A stretch of DNA of 64,000 nt. Source: Camelus dromedarius (Eukaryota). The translations under genes and the position numbers were made by a program. The stretch spans positions 30,382,001-30,446,000 of the forward strand of contig NC_087436.1 in NCBI RefSeq assembly GCF_036321535.1, in the 5' to 3' direction. This document shows, one piece after another, positions 1 through 13,249 of this stretch. The notes below the pieces were generated by a model. The model made no database searches and was not told where the DNA came from. It saw only the letters and a program-made list of their open reading frames with translations. Position 1 is the first letter of the stretch. Every line of letters begins with the position of its first letter.

Positions 1-249
1 ACACCCATCATCTCATATAGATTACAGTATTTTTTAACAAGGCACAGAGATTCAATGTCACAGAGTCTAGAATAGGAGTTATATAGAGAATCTTTGGCCA
101 GGAGAGCCACTCCCAATGGTGGGCTATAAAGTTGAAAATAATTTATCATAAATGTAACTGTAGATTTTTTTGAGTGAGCACAACTAGAACCTATCTTAAC
201 GCAATCATCAGCTTTTTTTTCCTCAGATGAAGTATTAAAATACGAATTA

Positions 250-450
250 ATAAGGAGGTGAAAACTATTGAGAAAAGGTAACCACGGCCTGAATTTCTGA
301 AATACTTTTACATCAGGAGAAAGATAAAAAATAAAACTTTGACTGAGGCAGAGGACACTGCAAAATGGTAGGAAGAACATTATGATGTTCTGTAAACCAA
401 AGCTGAAAATGTTAAGAAGTAACAGTTAGCAGTTGTCAAATAAAATTATA
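250..450 (-). mobile_element. Degenerate LINE-2 fragment
   Basis: Purine-rich stretch resembling antisense L2 (…tgatgttctgtaaaccaaagctgaaaatgttaagaag…gttgtcaaat). Confidence 0.45.
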
Positions 451-489
451 AAGTTTAAGAGAGTATTTAACAAATTTTTACGTTTTCAG

Positions 490-929
490 TGAGAAACTGC
501 TGGCTGGCAGCCAGTCCAATCTGCAGAGGGACCTTCATGACTATGACATTTTGAGAGCAGAAAAGACTGTCGACGCCCGACTTGTTCCAGGAAAGAGTTT
601 GCCAGGGAAAACTCTATGTCTCTAATACTGAACAATTTTTGCTCTTCTGAAATGACCCCAAACTGTTAACTTGCCCCCTTGCAGTCAACCAAGGGCTGCC
701 AAACGTACCAGAAGACCAATGGGAGTGTCTCCCGGCTTTCAAAAATCCCACCTTCACAGAACGTTTGCCAGTCAAAGACTCTTTCTCAGTTTTACTCTTT
801 TTTCTCTGCTTTGTAACTCCTCTGAACCCCTGCTGAAATGTAAGTGATGGCAGATGGATTCCCTTGTGGCAACTTTATGAATAAACAGCCTTTGTATATG
901 TTGTAGCAGACTCAGTTTTGTCTTTGACA
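490..929 (+). mobile_element. Solo LTR, probably ERV1 class
   Basis: TG…CA termini (tgagaaac…tttgaca), AATAAA about 45 nt before the end, near 4-bp TSD tcag/tcaa, higher GC than flanks. Confidence 0.7.
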
Positions 930-2849
930 TCAATAAAGGGACCTATAAATTTAAGCGAGGAATAAATTTAAATATGAAATAACTAAACTCACAAATGCCA
1001 AATCAACACAGTAGTAGTCTTTAACATTTTTATAGCTTGCTATAATTAACAGTCTTCACCTAGATTGTTTAAACTTCAATACAACCCAGAGAGAGAGTCA
1101 TTCATTGTAAAGAATATTGGAAATAGATTTTATATTTTTATTTCTATTTCCCCCAATTTAGTAAGTGTGGGCTAGAACTTGAACTCAGGTCCTCTGTTAC
1201 AAGATCCCTTTTCCTTAACAATTTTAACACATCACTTTTATTGTATTACAATGGTAAAATGAAAATACTGTTATTCAACTATAGGAATGTTCAGAGTAAG
1301 AATTATAACATGATTTGGCTTCTTGAAGGAATTTAGCTTGGGCTGGGGATTTTTAAAAAGTGGTATTAATGGATTGGGAAAAATAGAAGAAAGAAATATC
1401 ATTAGAATAATAAAATTTAAGAACTATACTAAAACTCAAATATGGTTTGCAAACTAATTTTTCAGTTTTAAACTTGGAAAATACATAAAATGTTCCAAAT
1501 ATTCTATTTAACCAATAAATTAAAAGATCATAAAATGATCAATTGTTACATTTAAATTTGGAGAGGGTTTAAGAGGGAATGACAAGTGACATTTACATGA
1601 TTTTTATATAAAATGTTTATGACACCCTTGGACAGGAAAATCTGTCTTTTAATCTGCACAGGGCAAGGCATGTCTCATATTTGATATGTTTACTCTTTTT
1701 TTTGGGTAAAACGTCTCACAAAATTCTAACCCTCTTCGTTTCTGACCAATAAAATATTGGAATGAGAAATCAAAATACATAAATATTTAAGAATTTCAGG
1801 AAAACATTTGAACTTTATGCTAAACATACATTAATCAGAACAAGGAATTTATCTACTGAAATTTATTATCAAAGTCATTGATATCTTAATTTTAGTGGTA
1901 TAAATAAAAGAAAAAGGTCTTTTTTTAAAATCCCTTTCATAGTAACCTCCTTTCCTAAAAGTTTTATTAATGTTAAAAGTTTCCCTTTTACTACTTTCTT
2001 CCCCAAAACTAAAACTTCTCTTTCTTAAGTTGATCACTTCTAGTTTGAATTTGTTTCATATTTTGCAAATTTTATAATGTAGCTATGTTGTTAGAAGGCT
2101 ATTCAGGATGCAGTACATGAAATTCTGAAGTGTTTTGAACCAATAATATAAAAACTTGGCAATCAGTTAGTTTAATAAATATTACAATAGTATGCCTGTT
2201 ACATTTGAAAGCAGTTTCTAATTACATTCTTATCATAGCAATCAAGTTTTAATGACAAGTAATTCCACATTTTAATATAAATATCATGCCTGAAGTTTTC
2301 TGAAAGGATAGATCAATTTTGAAAGCAAAAAACCCCATGTTTTATCAGTTGGATTGATAACCTCTTATTGTTGTTGTCATATCGAGAAAGCAAATTCTCT
2401 TAGAAATGGGGCTGCATCATATGTACTTGATACAAAAATTTAAACTATAGTCATTGATACCCCTAAGTGTGGCCTATTGACAGTGAAGTGATGGCTTAGT
2501 TGATACATTTTATAGCCTAAAATGGAATAGGAAGATTATTTTCTCCTTTGTAGGAATCATAAATCTTGCTGTAATTTTTCTCCTTCCCCTAATTCTTCAT
2601 ATTTCTTCTACTTGACTATATCTTATCCATTTAAACCTACAAATCTGTTAATGTCATTATAATATATAAAATCTTCTGACTGCAGGGTGAAGTTCAACAT
2701 TTATTTATTTGTTTTCTATAAACATGGTACAGCTTAGAAGGACAAAATGGTATATAAAATGCCATTTTAGACATGTACTTATATATTTGTAATTTATATT
2801 TACAACTTCTTTTGGCAGACTCATTCAATATGTCAACTAAAATGACAAC

Positions 2850-3260
2850 TAGAATTACATTTGGATATTGCAAAGTGGCAGTCACTAACGATCTTAAAAA
2901 AGATAATGTTTTAAAATCAGATGATGATCGGTTTAAGAGATGAAGTGAGCTGTTAAACAGAGTAAAATACAGACAACCCTTAGGAGATTTTTTTTTTCTG
3001 CATGGCAAAGTGTACAGATTATCAGCTAGGGAGAATTTAAGGGAGAGTTTTATTTATTTATTTTTTAAATTAGAGAAACTTCACCTGTCTGTATGCTAAT
3101 GGGTATGATATGATTGAGAACAAAAATTGAACAGTGCAGGAGAGAGAGGGAATATTTTCTGGAGCAGTGATCTTAACTATGGCAGAAGTAATGTGCTTTC
3201 AGTGTAACAGAGAAGTTAATATTGAGTGCTGGTGAGATCAGGCTAGTGGGGCTTCATGCG
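2850..3260 (-). mobile_element. LINE-2 fragment
   Basis: Antisense L2-like motifs (ttggatattgcaaagtggcagtcact; gtatgctaatggg…caggagagagagggaat). Confidence 0.6.
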
Positions 3261-4070
3261 GGTGTGTGCTTTAGAAAAGTACTTCAAGATGGAGGGGAAA
3301 AAGCAGTTTTAAACAGGAATAATATGATAAGTAACTCTTGACATTGCTATGATATCATATAATTCCAAACTATTTTCCTGAGATTATTTACCTCATCCAT
3401 CTCTCAACCTGTAATCTAAGTCAGGTAATTCAGAAGGTAGAAAAAATTAGTTTTGAGGAAATTATATTTGTCCTCAGAACTATTCTGTACAGTGTGTTTT
3501 TTCTCCTTAATGTGTCTCACGTCTGTGAATACCTTTTTGGTATTGCTCTTCATTTGACTTTATTTTTTGCTAAATATGAACTGATCTTCTTGAAATGATC
3601 ATATGTTCTTTCCAGAAAATATATATTTTGGAGTAATGTCTGTATTTACTCCTTTCCTGGCTCTTCTGAATTTAATATATTGCTACTTAGATTATCATTG
3701 AATTACTATTTCTTACTTCTGCAAAAAATCTATAATGTGGGGAAAATGTAGATATTTCTTAAGTGTCCATATATATAATATAAAATTTAATTAGCAAATA
3801 TAAAATATAAACACCTAATTATAAAAACAAAATATATAATATTTTAATAATATAAACTTATATATTCTAAATATTGTCAAATATTAAGATCAGAAACACT
3901 GATGTCAGGTATGATTTTATAGTTTATTTTTCAGTAAGTATATAGTCTTCACTTAACATTTAGAAATGTATAGAATATAGTAGTACCTTTGTCATAAATT
4001 ATTTTAGGCCAACTAGTGTAAATAAGTGTACAACTAAAATTAAAAATTACTTAATATATGTATAGTTGTA

Positions 4071-4279
4071 GGAGTTTGGGATTTGCAGATACTAACTACT
4101 ATCTATAAAACAGATAAACAAGGTCCTACTGTAGACCACAGGGAACTGTATTTAATATCTTGTAATAGCCTGTAATGAAAAAGAATATGAAAAGGAATAT
4201 GCACATGTGTAACTGAATTACTATGCTGTACATCAGAAATTAACACATTGTAAATCGATTATACTTCAATAAAGAAAAT
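4071..4279 (+). mobile_element. 5'-truncated cetartiodactyl/camelid L1 3' end with TSD
   Basis: L1 3' UTR (ggagtttgggatttgcagatac…cagggaactgtatttaatatcttgtaatagcc…acttcaataaa) flanked by a perfect 16-bp TSD tatatgtatagttgta at 4055-4070 and 4280-4295. Confidence 0.9.
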
Positions 4280-4519
4280 TATATGTATAGTTGTATATAG
4301 GTAAATCAAAGACACTTAAATGGTTTGAACATATTTTTTCAAATCTAATTACTAAGTACTTCTGCTATTCTTAAAATTATATTATTGTTCCCTACCTTTG
4401 TTAACATTTTGTAGTTAACTATAGTATTAAAATTAATGTATGCATGTATTAAGGAATCTGCTTTATTTTTAATAACAATTTATTTTAATAATTTATTTAA
4501 TAATAATTTATGTTTAAGG

Positions 4520-4859
4520 TTTAACCACTGACTTCTTTGTGAGTCTAACACTCCTTTTCTTCTTTGACCTGACATCTGGACAAGCCCTTGCTAATCTCCC
4601 TTTGGCACTGGTGAGAATTTTAAACTTCACAACTCTCCATCCCAACATAGAAGCGGTTCCTCAGTCACATCCTCTACCTCCCATAAAGACTCAATCCACC
4701 CCTGCTATTCAATCAGGCCAGCCCTGCTCTCCAGGTATCTGCTGTGTGAAGAATAAACTTGCTGTCAAATAACCTTAGTGTGTGGCATGTCATCAGCCTT
4801 GACATCTGCACTAAAACTGGCAGAAATCCACCTCATTTCTGCACAGAGACCTCAAAACA
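4520..4859 (+). mobile_element. MER21-like LTR, 3' portion
   Basis: acatctggacaagc, cctttggcactggtgagaa, AATAAA, then gtgtggcatgtcatcagccttgacatctg, ending in aaaaca; resembles the copy at 29.8-30.5 kb. Confidence 0.6.
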
Positions 4860-5775
4860 CTGAGTATAGAAACAATTTGTCATTCTAGAATGTGAATTTC
4901 TGTTCTTAACCTGAATAAACATAAGATACTTTTTAAAAGAAACCAAAATCTCCCCAATTTAAAAATTTTCATTTATAACTATACAATTGTGTAATGTCAG
5001 TGGAACAAAATATAAAGATACTAGTAATTAAAGTGCAGCTAAATATAAGATTTAGGAAATTCTAACCCAAAGGCTGAGGTAAAATAGTACTCATTTTAAA
5101 AAAAACTATATATATTCAATAACTGTATAGAAAACCAGTTATAAATAGGTAAACAATCATATATTAACATACATGTACATATATGTATATATGTAAGTAC
5201 ATATTCATATACATACATATGTATATATACCCAAACTAAAACACTTGCAAGAGCAAAGAACCCTTAAAAATTATGCTGAGACAAGGGATATAAAGCAAAA
5301 CTATTCAGTAAAACTTAATTTTGTGGTAATTTAGACAAATCAAAGATTCAGACTTACCCACAATACATGTAATTTCACCTAACCTAATTACTTAACCAAT
5401 GATATTCTATGTGTCTAAAGTACTAGATTAAATGAATATACTTCTCACCTTAACTCTCTCTTCTTTCAGTTAATACTGTACACTATTAGATTTAATCTTC
5501 TTAAATTATACTTTGCATCTCTTTGCTCAAGGATCATTTTCCCCCCATAGGTTTTGAATTCCTCCATTAATCAAATTGAACTGCCCTCCACTTTTTGGTC
5601 TACCAATTTAAACTCCATCTGTAATTTACAATACTATTTAAATTCTAGTTTCTCAATAAGACCACTTCTGTCTATTTTCTATTGCAATTTCCACTAAATT
5701 CTCAAACATCTGGGTTTCCACTGAACATAAGCCATCCATCATGAAACCTGCCATTTCGGTATATATTGTATTGCC

Positions 5776-5845
5776 CTCTCTCTCTCTCTCTCTCTCTTCC
5801 CCTCCCTCCCTATCTCCCTCCTTCCTTTTTTCCTCACTTCCCTTA
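5776..5845. repeat. (CT)n microsatellite and pyrimidine tract
   Basis: Directly visible ctctctctct…ccctccctccc. Confidence 0.9.
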
Positions 5846-5969
5846 TATATGTGAATCTCATCTCCCCAGACTCAATCTCTAATAAACACTTTTTATGTTC
5901 TTTCCCCTGAGGCTCAAAATGCAACAAGGAAACTTGTTTTATTAGAAACAAATTCAGACTTATAGAATA

Positions 5970-6225
5970 CTAATGATAATAAAGGTAATGGCTAAATTTA
6001 ATGAGCACTCACTAGGTACCAGACTCTTTACTAAGACATTTACAGGCATTATGTCATTGATTTTATTCAAAAGTCCACGGGGCGTTTATTGTGATAATCT
6101 TCCTTTAATTGGTGATAAATTTGAAGCTTAAGGAAAGTAAGCATTATCCCCCAAGATCACTCAGAGCATGTGATGCTAATTCAAATCGTATTAACACTTG
6201 GCTTCAAAGTCAGTGCTATCAAAAT
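5970..6225 (-). mobile_element. MIR SINE
   Basis: atggctaaatttaatgagcactcactaggtaccagac…cccaagatcactcag…ttcaaagtcagtgct follows the antisense MIR layout. Confidence 0.75.
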
Positions 6226-7819
6226 TTGCAGCATACTTGAGGATTACGTCAGTTAAGTCATATGTGAGGCATATGATGTGAAATTGGTAGCAAGTAGATA
6301 TTTTTGTTTGTTTGATTTTTTAAAAAATGATTTAGTTGAGACTCAATTCAAGTATCATTTTACCAGACAGATGGAGTCAAATCTGAGTGTTGCTTCATTT
6401 TCCAAGCTATTTAGCATTCTTTTAGATTCAGTTTCAAAATATATTTGGTGTTTCTAAATTTCATTTTGTGTCATAATCTAATAAAGTTTAATAACTAGTC
6501 ACATATATATGTTATCATACTATCAGAAGCAACTTAACACTGAAGAACGATTGTGGTACATAATCCACATTATATCATTCACCTCTATTATGTTTTGAAG
6601 GCATAACATTAAAATAGGTAGGAAATTAATATTGGAGACCATCAATTTTAATTGTTTAGACTATGTTAATGGCAATCACAGAAGATAAAAAACATTGATG
6701 TCATACTATAAGCACATGAGTAAACTACAGCACAGACAATAATGTACAAAAATAATCACAATGTTTCCTAAACTCTTACAATCAATGTGCTTTCAGAAGC
6801 ATTGTGTCTTAACTGTATTAGCTCTTATTTCCCTTTTTTGTTCGTTTGTTTTGATCTAATATTTTGTGGAACTCAGTCTTTGAAACATTTGGTAAGAAAT
6901 CAGTTGCGGTTTAACACCAGAGTGATTACTCTTCCTGAAAGAAAATACCTCTTATGATACTTATGCTAACTATACAATCGCCTGGGTAATCTAACTGTTA
7001 AAAAGCTGAAAATTATTTGTCTGTAGATGAATTAAAAAGATCACCTCATTCTTTGCATTGTTAAGTATTTCAATGCATATTTATTATTACAATCTCTAGT
7101 CCCTCATGCATTATTTAATTTCATTAGCGATAATAGGTAAATTGATACTCAGGACACTTTCTTTCCTTCCACTTCGGTCTCTATGCTGGCATAGAAGAAC
7201 TTTAATCAGCTTATAATCAGATAAGCATTATGGAATACATTGTCCTTTGTTTTAGACTTAGAGGTCCCTTTCCAGCTTCTTTTCTGTAGTGAAAAGCCTA
7301 ATGAGGAAAAGCCAATATTTTATACTTTCAGAAAAATCATTAAAATGTGCATATATTTTGAATTTCTCTCTTTGGCTTCTTCCATAAAATGTAATTACCA
7401 TTTGGAAATTATTTATGAAAATTCAGGCAATTTATAATCTAGTTTTATTGATCAGGCCTGCTTAAGAGAGAAATGTCTTAGCTTTAAAGTTACACTCCTT
7501 ATTGAGATAACAGAACTTTACTGCTAATTCAAGAGACAAATAGCAACAACTACAGAAACAAAACCAAAGAAAACCTAAGCTTTAAAGCTGCAGCTTATTC
7601 TACAGAGTCTCCAAGGAAAAAATAACATTAATCATGAAAAGAACAAATGGTTATATCAGACTAGAAATGTTTTAAATGGACAGTTACCGTATCTATAATT
7701 CTATTAAGTATCATCAAAATGATTACCAGAAATAAAATCATACTGTTATCTTTCAATATTTAGATATAATTTAGTATGACTTAGAAAATTGTTGCAAAAT
7801 AGTTAAATATAATTGCAAG

Positions 7820-8700
7820 AAGATCTTTGAGGGTACCTGTACAATCTAGGAGTAGGAAAGTAATCCTTAGACATTAAAAAAACTGTGTGTCCACAAACAT
7901 AGCTTATTTAATTCCAGTCATATAAATACAGTTTTGATTAAAAATTATAAAGCATGCATAAAGAGTTAACTATAGAAAAAATCTAAAATAGTTATTTAAT
8001 CATATCAGAAATATAGGAGGCAAGGGATAATTGTCAGTCCTTCGCACTGATGCAAATTCCAATGGATAGCAGATATATAAAAATTCAAATTTTCATTTTG
8101 CTGTTGAAATGCTAAATTTACAAGTGTTTATAAAGCTATATTAAATTTAAATATGCCATGTATCTTTCAGCCAAGCAAATTTAACCACATAAAACTAAGT
8201 CCACTTTCATATATATGCATACATATGTATTCATATATTTTATGTACCTACATGTATGTATGGTAGATTATGTATTTTTACTGCAGAATTGTTCAGCGTG
8301 GCAGATAAGTGACTTGTTTAGCAATTGGCCCATTCACATCATGAATACTACAAAGCCTTTGTAAAAATGAAGTAAAGCTCTACCAGGTGGTATTGTAGAG
8401 TTTAAAAAGCTACAGGCAAAATAATACTCATATATAACCTTCTTTTGCACTAAATGACAAAAATACACGTGTGTGTGTGTATGTAATTTTAGGAGTATGG
8501 AGAAAAATATGGCAGTCCTTAAAAATAATATTAATATGAATTTCCTAAGTCTGATATGTAAAGAATTGGAAGAAAGAAAAATGAAAGGCTAATAAAAACT
8601 ACTGTTGAAATATTATTATTATATGGAAATGTTTATAATTTTATGTATATACACATGTGTGCATTTGTATGCTTAAAGAAATGTAATAAAATAAAATAAA
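7820..8700 (+). mobile_element. Highly decayed old L1 (L1ME-like) 3' region fragments
   Basis: aatctaggagtaggaaag…ccttagac and catcatgaatactacaaagcctttgtaaaaatgaagta resemble late ORF2/3' UTR of ancient L1. Confidence 0.4.
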
Positions 8701-8825
8701 TGCATTTTAAACAAATCATCAACATTACACTTGATAGCAATTCATGAAAAGCATTCCTCTAAATTCAGGAAATAAAGATATCATCTAACATTATAATTAC
8801 TTCATATTGTCTGAATAGTCTATTC

Positions 8826-9030
8826 CATGGTTTTTCAATATCAGCACTATTACATTTTGAGTGCAATAATTCTTCGTTATCAGACTGCCCTGTGCATGGT
8901 AGGGTGTTTATCAGCATCCCTGGTCTCTCTCCAGTAAGATAAAAGTAACATCTCCCAGTGTAACAACCAAAAATGTTTCCCAAAGGTACCAGGTTTTCCC
9001 AGGTGAATGTGTCCTTGCAAAGAATCACTG
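8826..9030 (-). mobile_element. MER20 (hAT-Charlie MITE)
   Basis: cagcactattacatttt…ctgccctgtgcatggtagggtgtttatcagcatccctgg…acaaccaaaaatgtttcc…agaatcactg; about 205 bp with CAG-type terminal inverted repeats. Confidence 0.85.
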
Positions 9031-9499
9031 GTATACAATGAAGGTTAGTATTAAGTAAAAATAAGACTTGGAGTTTACAAAAAGAGAAAAAAAGATCCTT
9101 TGCAGATCATTAGTGCTATATGTAGAGAAAACTTGATCAACTGTAATGTAACAGAGCTTCTATTAGTACAGATACATAATAAATAATAAAAATGATATTT
9201 TTATATTACATTAAAAATCAGGAAGGAAAATATAATGGAGAGATGATTCCTTTATCAATAATTTTTTTAAAAAGTATTCAGTGCTGTACATCTGACAACA
9301 TGGTTAGAATAAAATACAGAGACATATTCTGTATTAGTAGGAAGACCCTTGAATTCGGCCCTGATCCCTTTCCTAGAGTAACTATATAAACAGCACTGAT
9401 TCCATGGTTCTGGTCTCTCTGATGTGGGGTGAACTGACCAATATCCTGGCACAATTCCATAAGACTATGGAAGCAAGAGGATAAGAATCTACCTCTCTT

Positions 9500-10962
9500 A
9501 TTTTTAAGATCTTATTGAGATATAAATTACATACCATAAAATTCACCTTTTAAAGTGTATAATTACATTGTTTACAGTATATTTATAGTTAAATACTCAT
9601 CACCATCATCTAATTTTATCACATTTCATCACTCCAAAAGGTAACTGTCATTTCCTTTGACAGGAACTCCCAATCCACTTCCCATTCCTGCTTTCTACCA
9701 CCAAGCATAGGCAACTATTAATCTACTTTCTCTACTGATTATGTTGTTTTTAACATTTCATATAAATGGTATCATAAAATATGTGACTAGCTTTTTCAAT
9801 TAACATAATGATTTTAGGACAATCCAGATTGTAGTATGCATCAGTAACTCCATTCCTTTTTATTATCAATAATAATCTACTGTATGGCCGTACTATCTAT
9901 TGCTTATCCATTTAACTGTTGAAAGACATTTGGCTTTTTCCCACTTTTTGGCTATTATGTAATGCCATTAGAAACACTCATGTAGAAGTTTTTGTGTGGA
10001 TATATGTTTTCATTTCTCTTGAGTAAATACCCAGGTGTAGAATTGTTGTGTAATATGGTACCACTATATTGAACATTTTGAAGAAATGCTAACTTGCTTT
10101 CCAAAGTGGTTTCATTATTTTATATCCCCACCAGCAAATTATAAGGGTTCCAATTTCTTAATATCCTTGAATTTTTAACATTTGTCTTTTGATTATGGTC
10201 ATTCTGGTGGAATCTCCATCAGATCTGGTGGGATTCCATAAAGTGGAATGTCCTTGTGGTGTTAATTGGCCCTTTCCTAATGACAATGATGTTGAACATT
10301 TTTTGTGCTTTTGATGAATTGCATATTCTTAGAGAAGGATCTATTAGATTCCTTGCTCATTTTCTAAATCAAGTTGTTTTTCATCTTGTTGCTGAGTTTT
10401 AAGGGTCTTTTATACATTGTGGACACAAGCCCTTTACCAGATATATGAGTTTCAATTTTTTCTAAGTTTTGGGATTGTCTTCTGTTGATGCTTTCTGGAG
10501 CACAAAAGTTGTTTGTTTTAAATTTTGATTCAATCTAGTTTATCGATCTCTATCCAATTACATGTACTTTTAGTATCAATCTAAGAAATCATAGCCTAAC
10601 CCAAGTTCTCAAAGATTTATCCATCTTTCTCTCTCTCTACACATATACATGTGTACATATATATGAATTCTATACTTTCAGCTTTCATATTTAGTTCTAC
10701 AATCTAATTTAAGTTACTTTTTGTGTACAATGTGAGGTAGTTGTACATATTCATTATTTTGTATGTGGATACACAGATTTCTCAGTATAATGTGCAGAAA
10801 AGACTACTTTTCCTGTGAAATTACCTTTGCCCTTATTTTAAAAATTAATAGACCATACTAAAGTTATGGTTTATTTCCAGACTCCCAAACCTATCCCATT
10901 GATCTAGGTGTCTATCCTAGTTCCAGACTGCCATGATTACTATAGGTGGATAGTAAGTTTTG
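9500..10962 (-). mobile_element. L1MB-like LINE-1 3' end (3' UTR plus late ORF2)
   Basis: Begins ttattgagatataaattacataccataaaattcacc and continues ttccaaagtgg…cccaccagcaa…agggttccaatttct, typical antisense L1M. Confidence 0.9.
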
Positions 10963-12335
10963 CTACTGCAGTTAGTGCAAATGTTGTGAGTATCCATTAA
11001 AACTCCACATGAAACTAATCATCTTTGCATGAGCAATTCACCTCTCCAGTAAATTGTGTATAACAGTAAAACGTGATCTCTCCAAGTTCTTGCATACTTT
11101 TCATTGTGTTCAGAGCAATAACAGAAACCTTCAATAACACTATGGGACCCATTCAAAGTGCCACTAGTGATACTGGAAGTGCTCCCAAGAAGCAGAGGCA
11201 AGTTACAACATTACAGGACAAAGCTGAATTACTCTATATGTACCACAGGTTGAGGTCTGCAGCTGTAGTTGCCCACCATCTCACAATAAATTAATCCAGT
11301 ATAAGGACAATTGGGGGGGAGAAAAAGGGAAATCTGTGAAGCCCTTGCTGCAGCTGCATCAGCAAGCATGGAAAGCTTGCACTTTTTTTGTGAAATACAT
11401 ACCTCTTCATTTCATACTGAAAATGTAGCTTTTATGAGGGTGCAGGATTAATATTTAAAAAAGGTATACCTGTGGACTCCAATATGACTTGAGAAAAAGC
11501 AAAGTCATTATATGACAACTTAAAGCCAAAGAAAGGTGCTGGATCTAAAGCTGGAGAATTTAATGCTAGCAAAGGACAGTTTGGTAATTTTAGAAAGACG
11601 TTTGGCTTGAAAAATGTCACGGTAACAGGAAAAGCAGCTTTTGTCGACCAAGTGGTAGCAGATGAGTTCCCAGATGTCATTAGGAATACCATTAAAAATA
11701 AACCCCACAAAGGACTTTCATTAGTAAGGCAAAGAAGTGAGCACCAGGATTTAAGGTGGAAAGGGAAAGGCTGATTCTACTGGTTTGTGCAAATGCAGTT
11801 GGGTTTATGCTCAGAAACGCTCTTATCTATAAATCTGCTAACCCCTGAGCCTTGAAGGGGAAAGATAAGCACCAGTTTCCAGTCCTTCGGTTGTACTACA
11901 ACAAAAGGCCTGGAAAATGATAACCTTTTTATAGGTAGGTTCCATCAATGCTTTGTCCCTGAAGTCAGGAGGTACCTCAACAGTAAGGGACTGCCTTTTA
12001 AAGTTCTTTTCATATTGGACAATGTCCCTGGCCACCCAGAACCACCTGGGTTCAACATCAAAAGGCATTGAAGTGGTCTACTTGCCTCCAAACACAATGT
12101 CTCTAAATCAGCTTCTAGATGAGGGAGTCATAAGGACCTTTAATGCTCATTAAGCTCAGTACTTCATGGAAAAGATTTTCAACACTTTGGAAGAGAACTG
12201 CCATGGAAAGAACATCAAGAAAGTTGAAAAGGATTACACCATTGAAGATGACATCGTTGTTATAGAAAAAGCCATCAAAGCCATCAAGCCCACAACAATA
12301 AACTCATGCTGGAGAAAACCATGTCCAAATGTTGT
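10963..12335 (+). mobile_element. Tigger3 (Golem)-like TcMar-Tigger transposon, internal fragment with disrupted transposase
   Basis: ORF pieces MGPIQSATSDTGSAPKKQRQVTTLQDKAELL (pogo/CENP-B HTH N-terminus) and IEVVYLPPNTMSLNQLLDEGVIRTF (DDE domain); frameshifts and stops; no terminal inverted repeats seen. Confidence 0.88.
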
Positions 12336-12336
12336 A

Positions 12337-12640
12337 CAGTTTGCTTTAGAAATCTCATCAGCTAAATATCCAATGTCATCAATCACAAACTTTTCCCCCC
12401 ACAACACTGCAATACAGTTCAGCCAAGTTCTTTGCCCCTCATAACAAGTATTGTCTTTCCTTCAGTTTTCTACATGTTCCTCTCTTCTGTCTGATATCTC
12501 ATCACAATCATCCTTCACATCCATATTTCTGGCACGTACCTCAATACTGTCCCAGTCTCTACCCACAATCCAGTCTCAAAGCCACTTCCACATGTCTAGA
12601 TATTTGTTATGATAGTACTCCACTCTTGGCACCAAAAATT
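12337..12640 (-). mobile_element. MaLR (MLT1-type) internal sequence, 5' part
   Basis: caaagccacttccacat…ccactcttggcaccaaaaatt abuts the LTR; minus strand reads ttggtgccaagagtgg, the usual MaLR internal start. Confidence 0.75.
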
Positions 12641-13014
12641 TGTCTCAGTTTTCTCAGGCTGCATAACAAATATCTCACACTGGGTGGCTTAAACACAGAG
12701 ATTTATTGTCTCACAGTTCTGGAGGCTGGAAGTCTGAGATCAGGGTGCCAGTATGATTGGGTTCTAATGAGATCTCTTTTCCACTTTCAGAGGCTGCCTA
12801 TTCACTATGTCCTCACATGGGGGAGAGAGAAAAAGAACCAATTCAAGCTCTCTGATGTATCTCATAAGGGTACTAATATCATCATGGGGGTCCCAAACTC
12901 ATGGCTTCATCCAAATGTAATTATATTCCAAGGGCTCCATCTTCAAATACCAGCACATGGGTGGTTAGGGCCTCAACATATAAATGAGGGAGGAGATACA
13001 ATTCAGTCTATAGT
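12641..13014 (-). mobile_element. MLT1A-like MaLR LTR (5' LTR of the adjacent internal piece)
   Basis: ctgggtggcttaaacacagagatttattgtctcacagttctggaggctggaagtctgagatcagggtgcc…ttcagtctatag. Confidence 0.9.
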
Positions 13015-13249
13015 GCTTGACATGACAATGTCTTCCCCTAAATGACTTAATTACTTGTCAAGTTGCTTAATCTTCTTTTATCTCATATTTCATTCTTCCT
13101 TCTGTTCCCTGAATTGTATTTTGTTTTATGTGTCACTAATTACAAGCTTTTATCCATAATTTGTCTTGTTAGTAATAGCAAATTTAGAAGAAGATGCAGA
13201 AAATATATGCATGTGTCTTCCCTAGTCAAAATAGGTCAATGCAAATCAA

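Noticed and set aside
4449..4467. Exact 19-mer ttaaggaatctgctttatt repeated at 28700-28718
   Set aside because: AT-rich, flanks do not extend, and it resembles a MER5-type motif; chance or shared repeat origin.
9348..9363. Exact 16-mer cttgaattcggccctg repeated at 57092-57107
   Set aside because: About one 16-mer match is expected by chance in 64 kb, and the flanks do not align.
11073..12444. Possible domesticated TIGD/CENP-B-like gene
   Set aside because: Split across frames with stops and an apparent internal deletion; an ordinary dead Tigger copy.
12626..13045. 139-aa ORF
   Set aside because: Chance read-through of an MLT1A LTR.
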